64,000 bases of DNA from Felis catus (GCF_018350175.1 NC_058368.1:229588001-229652000), one strand, 5' to 3'; numbered from the stretch's first letter, positions 13,067 to 26,160 are shown. The notes: a model not told the origin generated them from the letters alone. Numbers and translations: made by a program.

Positions 13067-13333
13067 AATATATCCTTCATTAAATATAGAGTCTAAGAAA
13101 GAAGTCCTGTTTTCTCTGAAGGGTATGGAGTAAAGATCACAAGTGTTGCTGATTAAAGACAATTCCTCATATATTAAATGTCACAGAGGAGTATAGGTAA
13201 TAAGGTTAGAATTATTTCACCAATAATTAACAGATGTGATCGTGACTTTCAGGTAAGTAGATGATCTGCTACCCTCCTCAAGTAGAGAGACAGAGAAATA
13301 ACCTTTCTGGTCCCATACAAGCCGAACAAATGA

Positions 13334-13423
13334 CTGAAATTTCCACAGTTCCACACCTGATATCACCTCAGAGAGCATTTGGGCCTAGAGGTGATATCAG
13401 GTGTGGAACTGTGGAAATTTCAG
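13334..13423. repeat. Perfect 36-bp inverted repeat with 18-nt spacer
   Basis: ctgaaatttccacagttccacacctgatatcacctc (13334-13369) is the exact reverse complement of gaggtgatatcaggtgtggaactgtggaaatttcag (13388-13423). Confidence 0.98.
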
Positions 13424-13699
13424 AGAGCATTTGGGCCTAGAAAACATTCGAGCAAGTATGACCTGTCAGGAGACCTGATACTAGAAAAATCTCATAAATG
13501 GTCTTATTGAAGTTCTGATTGTGTGCACTGTACTTCCAAGAGTAAGTCACCAGTGGAATTTACTGGACACCTATACAAATGTACTTAAACCAGACATAAA
13601 ATAAGAAATATGGCACAGGCAACTTTTATGATTCCATTAGTTTGGGGTTAGTTGATTTTATTTCATCCTTGCTAAAAATATTTAAAGTCACTTATTTAT

Positions 13700-13748
13700 T
13701 GAGATCATTCATCTGTTATCTGAGATCATTCCTCTGTTATCTGTTATC
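13700..13748. repeat. 21-bp tandem duplication plus a partial third unit
   Basis: tgagatcattcatctgttatc / tgagatcattcctctgttatc / tgttatc. Confidence 0.9.
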
Positions 13749-14323
13749 ATAATCCTAAGATAATAACAAAAATATATTTATTTACCCTTCTCCCATCTGC
13801 AGTGAAAACTATGAGGGAATGAAAAAGAGGGAAACTTATAACCGAAATGACAATATCCGTGCAGAATGACTGCCAAGGTCATTGAAAATAGGGGCGAAAG
13901 ATGGAGGGCAAAGGAAGAGACCCTGGCCTAGAGAGTCTGAGAGAAAACTCAGAAGAAAACACCCTCCAGTAGGTGGCCCAATCTGAAGGACAAAAGCAAA
14001 GATCTTTTGTTTGAAACAAGGTGTGGATACAGAGAATGCCGTGGTTGCTATCCAGATGAATAGCCAGGCATGTTTAGGGATGTGGGTAAGGGCACAGAAA
14101 TCTCTGGGCAAGAGAGTTTCATGAGACACAGGCAAGGAGGCCCCCAACTGGAAGTGCATAGCACTGCATTTCTAATCTTGGTCAGCTGAGATTTATCAAA
14201 GATAACACCTGTCGCTTGTCCACTCAATATATAACTTTGAAAGAGTGTTATATGCCAAGCACTAGTCTTCTGGGTGACATGAATGAACACAACAGACATC
14301 TCTTCTCCTCCCCTTCCCCTACA

Positions 14324-14325
<2 letters not shown>

Positions 14326-14375
<50 letters not shown>
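14326..14375. repeat. (CT)n microsatellite
   Basis: Perfect CT run. Confidence 0.97.
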
Positions 14376-14378
<3 letters not shown>

Positions 14379-16179
14379 TTTACTGGATTTTAATGAAAGG
14401 TATGTAATCTTCCTGCAGACATTTCTGTCCAGTATTACTATTGAAGTATCTGTTCCAGTAAGAGCTCCTTTCATTCAAATACAAGTAAGGAAACAATAAA
14501 TAGAAGAGGAGTTCTATAAATGTGCTGTAAAGAAAAAAAAAGGATAATGAACAGAAAAACAAAATTAAAACACATTTTACGAGAAAAACACATGCACTTT
14601 GTCATGGTTAGAAGAGTGGTTAATCAATTCTTCATGGAGTCAAAAAATATAATAAAAACGATCTCTGTAAATAGAGCTCAAGGATTCCTCTAGAATAGAA
14701 ATACTTGAAGGTGGGTCCGGACACTTTTCTGCCTGCCAGCGACTCTAGTTAAAGGTTAGGAGGTAGAGACATTTAATATACTGACCAAAATGTAACTAGG
14801 GACTAACTTGTGAATTTCAATTCATTCCACTCTCTTATCCCATTATCTTGGATAATTAGAATTGGCTGTGTTTTTGTGATCAAGGAAATATTTTGGCTGT
14901 GTTGTTGGTAAACTTTTGATACAGCATGAAATAGTAATCGAATATGAAATTTAGTACAGAATAATACATTTATTAATTTCTGGAAACAGTGTATTGTCCT
15001 TTACATATATTTTTAAAATATACCAGTAGTGTTTAACTCTCTGCATTAAAATATTGTTTTAAGAAATGAAGAGTTGGGCATAACAAATTGTCACTGAAGT
15101 GAAAGATATAGGAAAGTGAACTACTATTTATTCAACATTCACTAAACAAATTTTCCTTAGATCCTCCTAGTTGCCAAGTACTCTTCTAAGAAGTATGGAC
15201 ACAGCCATCACCAAAAGATGAAGTCTCTTCAGAGAGCTGGCATTCTGATGGAGATGATATATATGCTATATATAGTGTGTGTATAGATAGTGAGTTGAGT
15301 CCTCTCCCAGAAGGCAGCATTTGAAGGAAGAGAAGAAATTCTAAGTGAGATGAGGAAAAAGAAAGAATTACTGTTACCTGCACCATAACCACAATTTAAG
15401 TAGTTTAAAAAGATTAGAGAATCCTAATATATTAATATTAAGAAAACATGTGGCTGTAGTAGATAATCAAATACTTAATAAAATACATGGAAGGGAATTC
15501 GCTTTTTATACAATGAAATGTTTCCTATAGCTAAATAAAAATATTGATGCAAAGTCAGAAAATGCTTATTTGTGAGATATTTTCTTTTATAAAATATTAG
15601 TCATTCTCAATGACTTTGAGAATCAGAGTACTGCCCTTATGTGTGGCCAATTGAGCTCAAATTTCTTAACAAGGAATTAGTCATGAATAATGAGAGGATA
15701 ATAAGTTCTAAAGGCTCTTCAAAGAATCGTTTTAGACAATAGAGGAATTATTTTCTCTACACCTAGAGTAAATGCTTCATATTCTATTATATTGCTCTAC
15801 AAAACTAAAAGATTTTTTAGTTCTTTGTTATTACATACATCATAATAATAAAACCATTCAGAAGAACTACAGGCAATAAGAAAAGTAGCAGAAATTGTTA
15901 ACTGGGAAAAATATTAACAAAAATTCAGAATCCAACCAAATTTTAAGGATTATGTTTCTTAAAACTGGTGGTATTGCTTATACCCTACAAATCTGTTTTT
16001 GATCTCATAAAATTGTCTGCAATTGTCACACTCAGAAATATTACTCTCAGGACAACTAGCTTTTAATTAAATGCAACAAAACATATCTAGCCACATTTTC
16101 TTCTCTGTGAATTAATATCTCCAGTGGTGTCAACCACCTTAAGGAAGTCCATTTGAAGTTTATGGGCTTTTCTCCAAAA

Positions 16180-16480
16180 GAAGCAATAAACAGATGAACA
16201 CAGGGAAGGGAAGCAAAAATAATATAAAAACAGGGAGGGGGGCAATATGTAAAAGACTTTTAAATGTGGAGAAAATGGGGCGCCTGGGTGGCTCAGTCGG
16301 TTGAGCGTCCGACTTCAGCTCAGGTCACGATCTCGCAGTCCGTGAGTTCGAGCCCGGCGTCGGGCTCTGGGCTGATGGCTCAGAGCCTGGAGCCTGTCTC
16401 CGATTCTGTGTCTCCCTCTCTCTCTGCCCCTCCCCCGTTCATGCTCTGTCTCTCTCTGTCTCAAAAATAAATAAAACGTT

Positions 16481-16525
<45 letters not shown>

Positions 16526-16676
16526 ATATGGAGAAAAAACAGAGGGTTTCTGAAGCGGGTGTGGGGGGATGGGCTAAATGGGTAAGGGGCACTAAAACTC
16601 TACTCCTGAAATCATTGTTGCACTATATGCTAATTTGGATGTAAATTTAAAAAAAGAAAAAAAGAAAGAAAAAGAA
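16180..16676 (+). mobile_element. 5'-truncated felid L1 3' UTR (L1_Fc-like) with A-rich tail, interrupted by a SINE
   Basis: acagatgaacacagggaagggaagcaaaaataatataaaaacagggaggg ... gggatgggctaaatgggtaaggggcac...tactcctgaaatcattgttgcactatatgctaa followed by an A-rich tail. Confidence 0.88.
16277..16522 (+). mobile_element. Young felid CanSINE with (TAAA)n tail
   Basis: CpG-retaining SINEC_Fc body; TSD taaat(g/a)tggagaaa. Confidence 0.97.
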
Positions 16677-16857
16677 TCCAAGTGTAGAGTTAAAAAAAAA
16701 TCTGAGTACTGGACTTAAAAAAAATAATAATCAAGAGTTTGTCCTGGTGACAACAGAATTAGAACAAAAGAAAATTTTATGATTCAGATGTTTAAAGATA
16801 CGCTCTGACATCCTGGTGGTGTACCCATCTTCTTTTTCCACAAGTTTTTAACCAAAT

Positions 16858-16890
16858 TGTGTGTGTGTGGGTGTGTGTGGGTGTGTGTGT
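16858..16890. repeat. Interrupted (GT)n microsatellite
   Basis: tgtgtgtgtgtgggtgtgtgtgggtgtgtgtgt. Confidence 0.9.
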
Positions 16891-17508
16891 ATTTGTAGCT
16901 TACCTTTTTGAATAGCTCCAATTTAGATGCAAAATAAAAGTTGTTTATAAATCTTCAAGTGTAAAATAGGGAAAGTTGTGCATTCTTTTCCCCCCTTCCC
17001 AAGGATAGGATTACGCAGTAATTGTTCTTCAGGGTCAAAATTTTGCATTCTTTCTTATTGTCTTCGATGTGTGAAACAATTAAAATGTCACAATACAAGG
17101 CACCGTAACTGATCAGAAAATGAAAACGTAAAAAGACCATAGAAACACAGCATTTAGTGAGTATTAGTGCCATTTTTACCCAAGGATGACGGAGAGCTAC
17201 GAAGTGCTTCGGTAGCCTGAGCAGCAGGTGGGAGAACCGGATAATGCGGTCTGGCTCTGGTCTCCACCTCTTGGCTTCACTACCCCTATGGATGAGGTGC
17301 CTTAGTCAACGTCAGACAGCCGAGTGGGGGACCCAGACTAGTATCCGGGTATCCTCATTCCCAGACCAATACATTCTCAGGGTATTGGGAATATTTAGTA
17401 GTGCTATTTGGGATGCAGAGGGTTGTAATTTCTTCCCCACTATTCTGGAAACACTAATGTTTGCCTTTATTTCTTTTTGTATTATTCATACTCTTCAAAC
17501 CTTCCTTT

Positions 17509-17949
17509 GGGGCACCCGGGTGGCTCAGTCGGTTAAGCATCAGACTTCTGCTCAGGTCGTGATTTTATGGTCATCAGGCTCTGTGCTGCCAGCTCAGAGC
17601 CTGGAGCCTACTTCAGATTCTGTCTTCCTCTCTCTCTACCCCTCCCCCACTCACGCTCTGTCTCTCAAAAAATAATAAATGTTAGGGGCGCCTGGGTGGC
17701 GCAGTCGGTTAAGCGTCCGACTTCAGCCAGGTCACGATCTCGCGGTCCGTGAGTTCGAGCCCCGCGTCGGGCTCTGGGCTGATGGCTCGGAGCCTGGAGC
17801 CTGTTTCCGATTCTGTGTCTCCCTCTCTCTCTGCCCCTCCCCCGTTCATGCTCTGTCTCTCTCTGTCCCAAAAATAAATAAACGTTGAAAAAGAAAAAAT
17901 AAAAAATAAAAAAAAATAATAAATGTTAAAAAAAAAGCAATAAATAAAC
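17509..17949 (+). mobile_element. Older CanSINE hosting a younger SINE in its A-tail
   Basis: ggggcacccgggtggctcagtcggttaagc head at 17509; tail resumes after 17928. Confidence 0.93.
17685..17910 (+). mobile_element. Young felid CanSINE (SINEC_Fc), nested
   Basis: Near-consensus copy with CpGs intact; perfect 18-bp TSD aaaaaataataaatgtta (17667-17684 and 17911-17928). Confidence 0.98.
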
Positions 17950-18699
17950 TCTCCCTTTCTGACTGACATCAATTTTCTTTCCCATCGGGATTTAGAGAAA
18001 GAATCAGGTGTAAGTCAAGCCCAGGAATTGGGTTGACTTGTTCAAAAAGCTTAGAGATTCAGGCAGGAGATCTTTCTTCTACACAATTTGCCTTTATTCT
18101 ATATTCAAAAGGTAGTGTCACTTTTGGTCTATCTCCCACCAACCAACCCGGAGCATATGCAGAGTGAGATGGATCAGGAAGAGGGAACCCAGAGCACAAG
18201 AGCTCCCTGTGGCATACAGGGTAACTCTCCAAACAGGTAGGTCAATGCACCCCCACAGCAGTGGGTGGCAGCATGATCACATGACCAGAACTGGCGATAC
18301 AGATTAGACCACCAACCAGGCAGAAAGACACTCAGTGAGAGAATCTAGGGTGCTGGGTCCAAGATGAGGAAGCCAATAAGGGATAAAATTTAGCACAAGA
18401 AAAATAGGTGAATGGTTCTAATCCATACTTCTGAGGGTTACTGAGGGCAGGGGCAATATCTTATTCCCGTATCATCCACTCATTCCTGCTATAAATTTCT
18501 AAGACCAACTAAACAAAATGTTAGGGAAGTTATAAACACTGGTTCCAGGCTAGGGAAAATTTATTACCTTCCCTAGTTTTATACATTTTTCCTAGTGTGC
18601 AGGAGTGAAAGTCAGAGATTCAGCAGACTGTCAGTAAGGCAATTGGTAATTGAAACCTCACAGTTTTTTGGTTTGTTACAGGATATAGAATATTAGCAT

Positions 18700-20008
18700 C
18701 ACATACCCCTCCCAAATCAATCCCAGCCCTCACTCCCTCCAGAGGCAATCACTGCCCTGTTTTTTTGTTTTGTGTTGTTTTGTTTTTACATCATAGATTA
18801 GTTTTGCCTGTTCTAGAACTGCAACATGAATGCAGCGTGATACAATATATCCTTTTTTTCTCATTTCCACCAAAATATAGATCCATCCAAGTTGTAGCAT
18901 GTATTAGAAATCCAGTCTTAAAAAAAAAGAAATCTATTTTATTCAGCATAGTGTTCCATTGTGTGAATATACCAATTTCTTTATCCGTTCTCTTATGGAT
19001 GGATACCTGAGATGTTTCTAGTTTTTGTTTATGTGAATAATGTTACTATACTCTTAGTACACAAATTTTGTAAGAATTCGTTTTAACTTCTCTTCCATAA
19101 AAATCTAGGAAGGTAAGTACTTTTTTTTATTTGTAAGAAAATGCCAGATATTTTCCAAAGTGATTGTACCATTTTTCATTCCAACCAACAATGTATGAGA
19201 TTTCCAGTTGTACCACAATCTAGATGATATTTGGTTTTGTCAATCTTTTGAATTTAAGTAATTCTGGTGGGTATTAAACCTTAGTTTTAATTTTCAGTTC
19301 CCTGATGACTAAAGGTTTAGAGCATGTTCTCATGTAGGGTTTTTTTTTCCCATTCATAGATTGTCTTTTATAGTATATTTGTGAAAATATTTTGCCTATT
19401 TTGTTGATTTGTTATTACTCATTTTGGGGGGATATAGAGTTCTTTGTATATCTGGATACTGGTCTCTTGCCACAAATATGATTTTCAATGATTTTGTCTA
19501 TGGCTTGCCTATTTCTTTCCCTAACAGTGTCTTTTGCTGAGCAAATAATTTTGATGAAGTCTAATATATTATTTTCAAGCTTCCTGGTTTTAGCTTGTAT
19601 ACTTAAGTTTATGAACTATCCTGTATAGTTATTTTTTTGTGTATTATGAATTGGGGGGGTGGGTATGTATTGTGTGAGACAGGGTTTGACGTTCATTTTC
19701 TCTGTATAGATATCCAGCAAAATTTGATTAACAGGTTATCCCCACCTCCTTTCAATTGTTTTGGCATCTTTACATTTTCCTAATGGCCTTAAAAGTTTGG
19801 GTTTATTTCTGAGTTCTGTTTTCTGTTTCACTTATTTGTCAGCTGTTAGAGCAGTAAAACAGTTGTTACTTTAGCTTTTAAGTAAGCATGAAGTCAGATA
19901 GTGAAAGTCTTTCAAAAATATTCTTTTTGTTTTTTCCAAAGATTGCTTTGGATTTTTAGATCCTTTGCATTTTTACATCAACTAGAGAATTAGCTTGTCT
20001 GTATCTAA

Positions 20009-20084
<76 letters not shown>

Positions 20085-20965
20085 ACAGCAACAGCCTGGT
20101 ACTGTTATGATGATTCAGATTGCATTGAATCCATTCAATCATGGACAACTGACAATACTGAGTCTTTCAATCTATGAACATAGTTTATCTTTTTTGGTCT
20201 TCTTAAAATCCTTAGTAGTGTTATGTTGCTTTCATTGTAAAGGTCCTTCACTCACATCAATTGTTAAATTTATCACTTACATATTTTATGGTTTGATACT
20301 ATTGTATTTGAAACTGCTTATTTGATTTTACTTTCTAATTTCTTTGCTGCTAGTTTAAAAAGTTTTTGATTTTTTATATACTAGTCTTAAATGCTGCAGC
20401 CTTATTAAATTAACTCACTAGTTCTGATCCTTATTTTGTGCATTTCTTAGAAATGTTTACATAAATAATTATGCCATATACAAATGAATAGTTTTACATC
20501 TACTTTCCCATCATTATAACTTTTATGTCTTTGGTTTGACTTACTGCACTGGCTAAGACCCCAGGACAATACTGAATACACGTGAGGGGAAGGAGCATTT
20601 GCCTTGTTCCCAATCCTGAGAGCATGTGGTAAATATTTCACTGCTATTAATGGTGTTAGATGTTGGATTTTTTTTGTTGATGCCCTTTATCAGATTCAGG
20701 AAGTTTTGTCCTGTTCCTAGCATTCTGGTCATTTTATCATACATAACTATGATTTTTTTTTCAAATGCTTTTGTACATTTATGGAAATGATGTCTTGGTT
20801 TTTCTTTTTTTATTCTCGAAGGTAAACTGCATTGATTGAATTTCACATATTAAATCAAACTTGCATTCCTGTGATAAACCAGTCACTTAGTCTTGATGTT
20901 TTAAGTTTTTGTACATAGTGTTGAGTTCAATTTGCTAATATTATGCTAAGAAATTTTCAATCTAT
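18700..20965 (-). mobile_element. Old LINE-1 (L1M-type 3' UTR and ORF2 remnant)
   Basis: catagattagttttgcctgttctagaact; ttccaaagtgattgtaccatttttcattccaaccaacaatgtatgaga; gatgccctttatcagattcaggaagttt; cttgcattcctgtgataaacc are all antisense L1 motifs. Confidence 0.88.
20007..20085. repeat. (GAAA)n tetranucleotide microsatellite
   Basis: Long perfect aaag run inside the L1. Confidence 0.98.
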
Positions 20966-21005
20966 CATCTATTTCTTCCTTGAATCCTTTCTATTTTAGC
21001 ACACA

Positions 21006-21306
21006 TTTTTTTTTCTTCCAAATTTTTATTTAAATTCTAGTTAGTTAACATACAGTACAATATTGGTTTCAGGGGTAGAACCCAGTGATTCATCTCTTAC
21101 ATACGACACCCAGTGCTCATCAAAACAAGTGCCCTCCTTAATACCTATCACCCATCTAGCCCATCCCCCACCCACCTCCCTCCATCAACCCTCAGTTCGT
21201 TCTGTCTTTAAGAGACTCTCATAGTTTGCTTCCCTCTCCTTTTTTCCCCTCCTCTCCCCTATGTTCATCTGTTTTGTTTCTTAAATTTCACATGAGTGAC
21301 ATCATG
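21006..21306 (-). mobile_element. Carnivore L1 3' end (5'-truncated)
   Basis: poly-T, ttagttaacatacagtacaatattggtttcaggggtagaacccagtgattcatc...caaccctcagttcgttct; flanks repeat cacacatt. Confidence 0.9.
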
Positions 21307-21379
21307 TTTAACACACATTATTTGAAAGCTCTTTATGATTGCTATTGACAACTGATTCTTTTATCACTATCCATCCATC

Positions 21380-21620
21380 TTTCCATTTTGTTCATTCACA
21401 TTCAATGGCCACCGTCTATGTGCCAGGCACTGTGTTGGCGGCTGAAATAAAAATAAATAATAAAAGCCAGTCTTTCTCTCAAATAATTCTCAGTGTAGTT
21501 GTGGAGGGAGACAGTGAAACTAACAATCAAAATTTGGTGTAGTAAGTCTTAGATTTTAAATTATGCATCATATAATAGGAGAGCACAAAGAAAAACTCAG
21601 CTTTACAGAGGAATTGGTGC
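21380..21620 (-). mobile_element. L2 3' end relic
   Basis: ttcattcacattcaatggccaccgtctatgtgccaggcactgtgttgg. Confidence 0.7.
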
Positions 21621-24417
21621 TGGAATGGTCTGTAAGTTTCATCTTAGGGTGTGTGTGCACAATGACACTTTTGTGGACATTTCATTGTGTCACTATTCCT
21701 GATGAGGATACTTATATAAATTTTGAGTACAGGTGTTTTATCACTAGTGTAATCCAATTTGCTGATATTACAAGGAGTGATGTATTGTCTTAAATGCTTA
21801 TTTGGACACAAATATATTTATCTGGTTAAGTTATTCTTAAAAATGTTTATCAGCCTACGACCACCATAGTGTAGCTAATTAATAGATAGGACATAACTCC
21901 AACTGTCCCTTCAAGTGTCCCTCCTTTACATTAGGACCTTCTAACTAAATTGATACCCATCATAGATACCCCTCTTGCAGGACAGAATTCTGATTTAGAA
22001 ACTGGGAGGTACAATCCTGTGAGTTTGCCAATGCAGTGCCTACCTGCCGGACTTGTACTTCCCGTGAGTAGAATAGATGTTTTCACCAAGTAGCAGAAAG
22101 GCTACCCTAGGCCCCTAGATATCCCTGTGACTTATCAAATAAATGAAATATTAGATGACACCATCTCTCCCATAATCGATAAAAGACAATAAAACCTGAT
22201 TTCCATATTGGGAATGCAAGACAGATTGTGTCCACCTTTTCACGTGGGTTTCGGTTTATATGTCACCAGCTACAGAAGTGTGTTGCAAGACTCATTGCTG
22301 GAAAAAGAAACATGATTATCATGTTGAGAATTTGTGCCTGTCTATAGGCAGTTATACACTAGGCAGTAACATAATGAGACTGTCACCCCAAATCATCTAT
22401 CACCTGTCTCGTCATTAAGGTAGCTTAATTTCCATAATTACTAAATTGCATAATCACTTCTCAATGCATAATTATTAAGTAGAGTTAAGCATTGTGTAGG
22501 CAAAGTGTCCGGATCATCAGTTCCAGGCACTGTGGTGCCTTAAAGATGAGGCCAATGGCTTCTGTCACACAGGCTGCAGCATGTTTCTAGAAAGAATTAG
22601 TAAATTGAATGGCAAGAATGATATCTATGTATTTATAAATTGCACGGTCTTCTGTAAGCTCTAAATTGGTACATTTTCGTTACTTTACACATCACTTCCT
22701 GCTTTCGTGACCATTAAAATCCACCGAACTAATCATTCTACAAATCCCTGGGAATCCACAGCTCTTGCCAGGATGAAAATTTATGTAAACTTTTCTTTCA
22801 GAAGTTGAAGGATAATAATAAAATAAGAAACCAACACATCTTTGAAATCTTAGGCAGTATATGAATATGATTATTAAAATAGATTTGGGACATTACTATG
22901 CTCAAAATACACACTGCATCATAAAACAACTGATTTACTTAAAAGTAATGTGGTCCATTTCCTGTTATCATGGGATCACAGAAGTTTCTATGACTTTAAA
23001 AATATGATGTTAAGACATGACAGTTTATGGCCATTACTTTGCAGGACAGCTCTAGGTTCTTACATTTCTAATCAGGACTGTCATTTCTCACTGACTTTTG
23101 ATGCTTTCGAAGGAAGAAAAAATTATTTTTCCTCTTGATTTATTCTGCCTGTCTAATACACGACTCTAACTCTGAATTTTTATGATGCTTTTTCCAAACA
23201 TCCACTGGTACAGTGGATGGTGAACTGGTTTGGGAGCTAATAAATATGTCCTGTGGATTTATCCAAAATTATTGGGTTTCAGAGATTTCCACTTCAGAAA
23301 ACACTGAAACACAATGTTCTGTATAACAATTGGAGGGGAAGTATTATGGGGGGTGGTTTAAATTAAATACATCAGCTAAAGAGTGCTATAAAATTCATGG
23401 TCTATCTCAGTGTTGTGTGAAACTTCTTCCATAGCGGTAGATAACATCTGGATGTACCAACCCTAATTAAACAAACACAGCAGGAAAAGATCTCCTTATT
23501 GCTAATCCATCTGACACCTGCAAACTCCTCATTAAACCATACATACCAATGAGAAGACGGTTTTGGAATTCGCAAAGCCTACCTCTACCCTTCACGGCTA
23601 AACCTAAGGAAAGTCAGGGAAATGAGAAATCTAATATGTGTTTAAACTAGACTCTCGACTGCCTTGCTTTAATTTTAAAACTTAGTGCTAAATCTGTTTT
23701 CTAAAATTTTAATGTCCAAAAAAACACACACACAGTTTGCATACTAATTTTGTCATGTAACTGCTAAAATTCAGTATATAACTTTTTTTTCGAATATGTA
23801 CTATTTTAGGCTTTGAGTTTTAATAAAATCAGAAAGGACAATTATTTTTCCCATGAAGAATGTGTTATTTCTTCCCCAAGAAAAATCATCCAGAAAGGGT
23901 TCCACGTAACTCTTATACTTGAGAAATATTTTTGGTGAAAAAAGGTGTTTTATCGACAAATGAGGCTTGCGAAACATTCATTCTTTTATCTAACTTGAAT
24001 GGTTGCATTTCATACTAACATACTAATTTCTCTGAGAATTGGTGCAGTGAAGAGTCTTGTTTCCTTTGATGATGACTCTTTTTTTCCTACTGAAATACCT
24101 ATTAGAAGAATAAACTCTTGTGCAACATATCCCAGAATGTTCGCTGATCTTAATTTCATTTAGTATTTGCGAAGAAGAATCTCAGGCAGTGAAGCTAACT
24201 AGCCCTTCCTGATACCAAGGTCATGTCCAGCTGAAGGGTCAGCATGCTGAGAACAGCGCTAAGGACTCATGAGATGCCCACCATCTGCCAGCCAGAAAAC
24301 TGGTATGACAGGTGTGAATCCAATCAGGCCATGTCTTTCAACCCCCAACCCTCTCATCTCCCACCTTAAAAAATAAAATAATTGAATACCCTTTATTCAA
24401 ATGTAATGCTAAGTGTC

Positions 24418-24421
24418 TTTC

Positions 24422-24455
<34 letters not shown>

Positions 24456-24582
24456 GTCCTCCCAAGGATTTATTTAAATTCCAGCTAGTTTACACACAGT
24501 GTAGGATTTAGGGATTCATCACTTACATACAACACCCAGTGCTGATTGCAAGTGCCCTCCTTAATACCCATCACCATACAGC
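24418..24582 (-). mobile_element. Very short carnivore L1 3' end with (CTTTT)n/poly-T tail
   Basis: gattcatcacttacatacaacacccagtgctgattgcaagtgccctccttaatacccatcacc, same family as 21006-21306. Confidence 0.85.
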
Positions 24583-24721
24583 CCAGTAGAATAGCAAATC
24601 TGTCAGGGCTACTGGGAAGTTATAATTTCCCTAGGTTTGGTGGGTGGGAAAATGGAAGAGGTGCCCTTCTAAAGATATGTACCTTATTCTACAGATAACA
24701 GAATAATGTCTTCATAACTCA

Positions 24722-24836
24722 TTTTTTTAAGTTTATTGAGAGAGGGAGAGAATCCAAAGCAGGCTCATGCAAACCGTGAGATCATGCCTTAAGCCGAAGT
24801 TGGACACCTAACCGACTGAGCTACCCAGGCACCCCC
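24722..24836 (-). mobile_element. Internally deleted CanSINE
   Basis: gagagaatccaaagcaggctc joined directly to aaccgtgagatcatg...ctacccaggcacccc; flanks repeat ataactc. Confidence 0.85.
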
Positions 24837-25082
24837 GGCTTTATAACTCTTAGCAGCTGTGCCTGCGTCATGCTATTCCACAGCAGCAATTGCTCTGAAG
24901 GAGCACGCAACTAAAGATTGACATCTAGCATAATTTTACTTTTGAAATTGTTAATTGATCATTTTCTCTGCATGATAACTGTATTAGGGTATAATACACC
25001 CAGTGGGCCATTCAGTCCATTTTGACAAATTAATGCAATCATAAAAATCAGTCTCCTATAAAGATAAAGACTTCTTTTAGGC

Positions 25083-25868
25083 TGTGCCACAGGTCCCCAA
25101 GACCACCCCTGTCCAGGTTTAGTTTTTTGCAAGGAGGACCCCAGGCCTCAGCATGGTATACTCATAGCAGTGGTTTAGTATAGTATTGTAAGACTGTATA
25201 TAGTATTATATAGTATTATAGTAAAAAGATACAAAGTAAAATCAGCAAAGAGAAAAGTCTCTTAAGGCCATGATTACAGGAAACCAGGAACAGGTGCTCA
25301 AGAATCCTCGACCAGTGGAGTCACACAGAAGCTTCATCACCCAAGCTGAGAGGTGACAGCACATGTGGAATGCTGTCTACCAAGGAAACACCATGATGGG
25401 GCGCCTGGGTGGCTCAGATGGTTAAGCATCCAACTTCGGCTCAGGTCATGATCTCAGGGTTCATGAGTTCGAGCCCCACATCAGGCTCTACACTGACAGC
25501 TCAGAGCCTGGAGCCCGCTTTGGATTCTGGGTCTCCCTGTCTTTCTGCCCCTCCCCTGCTTGCACTCTGTCTCTCTCTCCCTCTCAAAACTAAATAAATA
25601 AATATAAATAAATAAATAAATAGGAAGCACCATAGAATTTCAGTGCCCATAGTTTTTCCTGGGGTTGATCATACAGACACAATCTGCCTAGCATGTATGA
25701 AAATTCCATATCTAAGAAAGCAGTTTAGGCCGTGGACCATTCTTCACAGAGAATGATGGGAACCTTCCTGAAATATAAATTCCCAGATGCAAGGCAGGAG
25801 CCAACCTTGCAAGCAGGCCTTGGTAGAGACCATAGTTTCGGGCCTGCTATGAGAACTCTTCTCTGCAC
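25083..25868 (-). mobile_element. MER21-family LTR, interrupted by a CanSINE
   Basis: ggtccccaagaccacccc, aagatacaaagtaaaatcagcaaag, cagtggagtcacacag, ccaaccttgcaagcaggcctt...gcctgctatgagaactcttctctgcac match the recalled MER21 consensus. Confidence 0.85.
25398..25621 (+). mobile_element. CanSINE
   Basis: ggggcgcctgggtggctcagatggttaagc head; TSD aggaa(a/g)caccat. Confidence 0.96.
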
Positions 25869-26160
25869 GTGTGTCCATTGTTAGTCGTTCAAGAAACCAC
25901 CGATCCGCTTCCCCCCAAAATAAATTAGTTTTGCCTACTAAATAGAATCACATAGAATAACAAAATGTCATTTAATATTTAATTCTCATGCATAATTTAT
26001 AGTTCTAAAAGTTTCAGGGGTTGAGTTAGTCTGCATTTTATATTGCAACATGTCATATCTCAGGAACCACGGCCATCAGCATCTCCAGGTTCCCCTTCAC
26101 ACTGCTTGACCTCCAGAAAGGAAAGGAAAGTCTCCAGTCAGGTGCCCATTTGAAAGTCTC

